64,000 bases of DNA from Candidatus Spyradenecus sp. (GTDB taxonomy: Bacteria; Verrucomicrobiota; Verrucomicrobiia; Opitutales; UBA953), in assembly GCA_045535075.1 (NCBI GenBank), contig JAZSKX010000014.1:192001-256000 (forward strand). Reading direction: 5' to 3'. The translations under genes were made by a program, and so were the position numbers. Each line of letters begins with the position of its first letter. Position 1 is the first letter of the stretch. Positions 61,517-64,000 of the stretch are shown here, in pieces. Below the pieces are notes generated by a model. The model was not told the origin of the DNA. It saw only the letters and a list, made by a program, of their open reading frames with translations, and did not search any database.

Positions 61517-62527
61517 ATGCTCAAAAAGATGCAAAGACTTCGAGTGTTTATTTTGCTTTTTTGTACGCTTTGGTGCGTTCCCGCGTTTGCGGCGGGGCCC
61601 GTTCCCGCCGAGGAGGTTTTTGATGCGAAAAGCGCGGCGATTCTCGGCGTGGTCGAAGGTTTGACGGAATATTTGCCCGTTTCTTCAACGGGGCATTTGA
61701 TTTTGGCGAATGCCGCACTGGAATTGGATTCGGATTCGGCGATTGCTGCGCGCGGCGGCGAAGGAATTGTGCGCGATGGCGAAGGCTCGGATTTCACGGT
61801 GAAAGAGGCGGCGGACGCGTATTCGATTATCATCCAGTTCGGCGCGATCATTGCCGTGCTTTTTGCGTATTGGAAACGCTGCACGGGAACGCTTGTCGGC
61901 GTGTTTCGGCGCGATCCCGCGAGTTGGCGGCTCTCGCGCAACCTGATTGTCGCGTTTGTGCCGGCTGCCGGGCTCGGGTTTATTTTTTCGGATAAAATCG
62001 AGGAATATTTGTTCAATCCGGTAACGGTGGCGGTGGCACTCATCGTCGGGGGCGTTCTGATGCTTGTCGTCGATAAGCGCCAGAAAAAACGTGCGGCACT
62101 CGGCGAAGACGCGGGAACGGAAAAGCTTGATTTGCAGGATTTGTCGGTGAAGCAATCGCTGACAATCGGGCTGATGCAGTGTATCGCGCTTTGGCCGGGA
62201 ATGAGCCGCTCGATGGCAACGATTGTCGGCGGCTACGTTGCGGGGCTTTCGCCGCGGCGAGCGACGGAATTTTCATTTTTGCTGGGCTTGATTACGCTTT
62301 CTGCGGCATCGGTTTATAAAACGCTGAAGTGCGCGCCGCAGATGTTGGAATCCTTCGGCGCGGAAGTTTCGGCGGTCGGCTTGGCGGTGGCTTTTGTTTC
62401 GGCGTTTGCCTCGGTGAAATGGATGGTGAACTGGATTTCCAAGCACGGGCTTTCGGCGTTTGCGTGGTATCGTTTTGGTTTGGCGGCGTTTGTCCTTGTT
62501 TGCTGCTTGTGTTTCGATACATTATGA
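61517..62527 (+). CDS. uppP: Undecaprenyl-diphosphate phosphatase
   Basis: GVVEGLTEYLPVSSTGHL, IQFGAI, PGMSRS, ATEFSFLL. Confidence 0.95.
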   Translation: MLKKMQRLRVFILLFCTLWCVPAFAAGPVPAEEVFDAKSAAILGVVEGLTEYLPVSSTGHLILANAALELDSDSAIAARGGEGIVRDGEGSDFTVKEAADAYSIIIQFGAIIAVLFAYWKRCTGTLVGVFRRDPASWRLSRNLIVAFVPAAGLGFIFSDKIEEYLFNPVTVAVALIVGGVLMLVVDKRQKKRAALGEDAGTEKLDLQDLSVKQSLTIGLMQCIALWPGMSRSMATIVGGYVAGLSPRRATEFSFLLGLITLSAASVYKTLKCAPQMLESFGAEVSAVGLAVAFVSAFASVKWMVNWISKHGLSAFAWYRFGLAAFVLVCCLCFDTL

Positions 62528-63669
62528 AATGGATTTTTTTCATTGCATTCCCGGGTGCGATTCTCGGTTTGAATCTTTTTCTTGCGTGGGCGGCATGGCG
62601 CCTTTTTTCTCCGCATAAAAAACTGCAAATTGCGGCGGCGGGAACGTCGGTCGCCGTGCTTGTGCTTTTTGCGCTTTCATTTCTCGGGTTTCTGATGAGG
62701 GCGCAGGACAATGTGTTTTTTGCGTTTGCGTGGGAATTTCTTGCGTTTGCGGTTGTGCCGATGATTTATCTCGCGATTTGGGCGCTTGCGGGAACGCTTA
62801 TTGTGAAAATTTTTCCGACGCTCTCCCGTTTTAAAATTCACTTCGCGGTTGCCGGCGTTTTGCTGGTTGCGGCGGTTTGTATGTACGGATTTTGGAAATT
62901 CGAAAATCCGCGTGTCGTGCATCTGATTTGGAATCCGGAAACGCGAGAGCTCACACAAATCTCGGGCAGGCCGAAATTGCACGCGAGAATGCGTATCGTC
63001 GCGACGGCGGATTGGCATCTCGGCACACGCATTTCGCGGGAACGCACCGAGAAATTCGTGCGTCTCGTCAATGCTCAAAATCCGGATTTGCTCCTCATTG
63101 CGGGGGATTTGATCGACGGGAGAATTGAGCCGGTGGAGGCGGAAAAACTCGACGAAATAATGCGTGAAATCCATGCTCCGCTCGGCGTGTTTGCGTCTTT
63201 CGGCAATCACGAATATTTCGGCGATATTCCGCGCCAAAAAGCATTTTTCAAGCGTGCAAACGTGCGGCTTCTTCAGGACGAAAGTACGCTTGTCGATGAC
63301 GGCGCGGGAACGCAAATTCGGCTTGTCGGCCGCGACGATGCGATAAATCGTTTTCGTTTGCCGTTAAAAAATCTTTTGGAGCGCAAGCCGGCGGGAATGC
63401 GTGAGAACACTCCGACGCTTGTGCTCGACCATCAGCCGAAGGGGGCTTCTGAAGCGGCAGGCGCGGGAACGGATTTTGTTTTTTCCGGGCATACGCACGC
63501 CGGTCAACTTTGGCCGGGAACCTGGCTTGTTTCGCTTTTTAATCCTCATGTCCACGGAATTTGGCGGGAACGGGAAACGCTCGGATACGTTACCTCCGGG
63601 ATCGGTCTTTGGCATATTCCGTATCGCATCGGTTCGCAGTCCGAACTCGCTGTCATTTACGTTGAGTAA
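62524..63669 (+). CDS. Membrane-anchored calcineurin-like metallophosphoesterase
   Basis: DWHLG, GDLID, GNHE, DHQP, SGHTHAGQ; 4 N-terminal TMs. Confidence 0.92.
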   Translation: MKWIFFIAFPGAILGLNLFLAWAAWRLFSPHKKLQIAAAGTSVAVLVLFALSFLGFLMRAQDNVFFAFAWEFLAFAVVPMIYLAIWALAGTLIVKIFPTLSRFKIHFAVAGVLLVAAVCMYGFWKFENPRVVHLIWNPETRELTQISGRPKLHARMRIVATADWHLGTRISRERTEKFVRLVNAQNPDLLLIAGDLIDGRIEPVEAEKLDEIMREIHAPLGVFASFGNHEYFGDIPRQKAFFKRANVRLLQDESTLVDDGAGTQIRLVGRDDAINRFRLPLKNLLERKPAGMRENTPTLVLDHQPKGASEAAGAGTDFVFSGHTHAGQLWPGTWLVSLFNPHVHGIWRERETLGYVTSGIGLWHIPYRIGSQSELAVIYVE

Positions 63670-63741
63670 TACAAAGCGATTCTGTAGAAATAAAAAATTG
63701 ATCCTACGCTCAAAAACTCCAATCACTCCAACTTATTTCTC

Positions 63742-64000
63742 ATGAAATTAAAAACTACTTTGATGTGCGCGGCAGTTTTCGCCGTATTCGGATACGCGGA
63801 AGCTTTTTCGGATACGCGCGTTCCTGCGATTGCCGGAGACGACGATCATGCTCCCGTCTGGGAAACCAAATCGGAGCGCGATGCGCGCATGAAATGGTGG
63901 CGCGATGCGAAATTCGGCATGTTTATTCACTACGGCTTGTATTCCGGCTTGGCAGGAGAGTGGCGCGGCATGCCCGGCGGAACCGAATGGATCCAAAAAA
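63742..64000 (+). CDS. Alpha-L-fucosidase (GH29), N-terminal part, runs off window
   Basis: Hand-translated: signal peptide then RMKWWRDAKFGMFIHYGLYS...EWI. Confidence 0.88.
   Translation, partial: MKLKTTLMCAAVFAVFGYAEAFSDTRVPAIAGDDDHAPVWETKSERDARMKWWRDAKFGMFIHYGLYSGLAGEWRGMPGGTEWIQK

Overview
64 kb of bacterial chromosome, most likely a host-associated Verrucomicrobiota (Opitutales-like) organism. This is inferred from PEP-CTERM proteins, a TIGR03790-like protein, a DUF3568-like lipoprotein, a sulfatase, an M60 peptidase and a GH29 fucosidase. Most of it is housekeeping: fumarase, coaB, TolC/MFP, tmRNA, 7TM-HD + ybeY, M16 peptidase, guaA synthetase half, ffh, dnaK, LptF/G, nrnA, prs, ppaC, ettA, SSS symporter, carboxyltransferase, leuC, uppP and a CAT-anticodon tRNA. 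Four things stand out. (1) A non-palindromic motif (G)CGGGAAC(GC) occurs about 3 times per kb on both strands, in several reading frames, and as inverted pairs forming the intrinsic terminators. This is the pattern of a DNA uptake sequence (DUS/USS), and the motif is missing from AT-rich islands. (2) An AT-rich island at ~30.0-35.9 kb holds two radical SAM/SPASM enzymes flanking a 47-aa Cys-rich peptide absent from the ORF track (candidate RiPP), downstream of two PEP-CTERM surface proteins. (3) A GxxExxY nuclease gene sits among ~104-bp REP-like repeats built from 3x9-mer arms, next to a decapitated autotransporter. (4) A secreted alpha/beta-hydrolase is followed by two paralogous putative immunity genes and a truncated third copy. 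All assignments come from motif recognition by eye; no searches were run.
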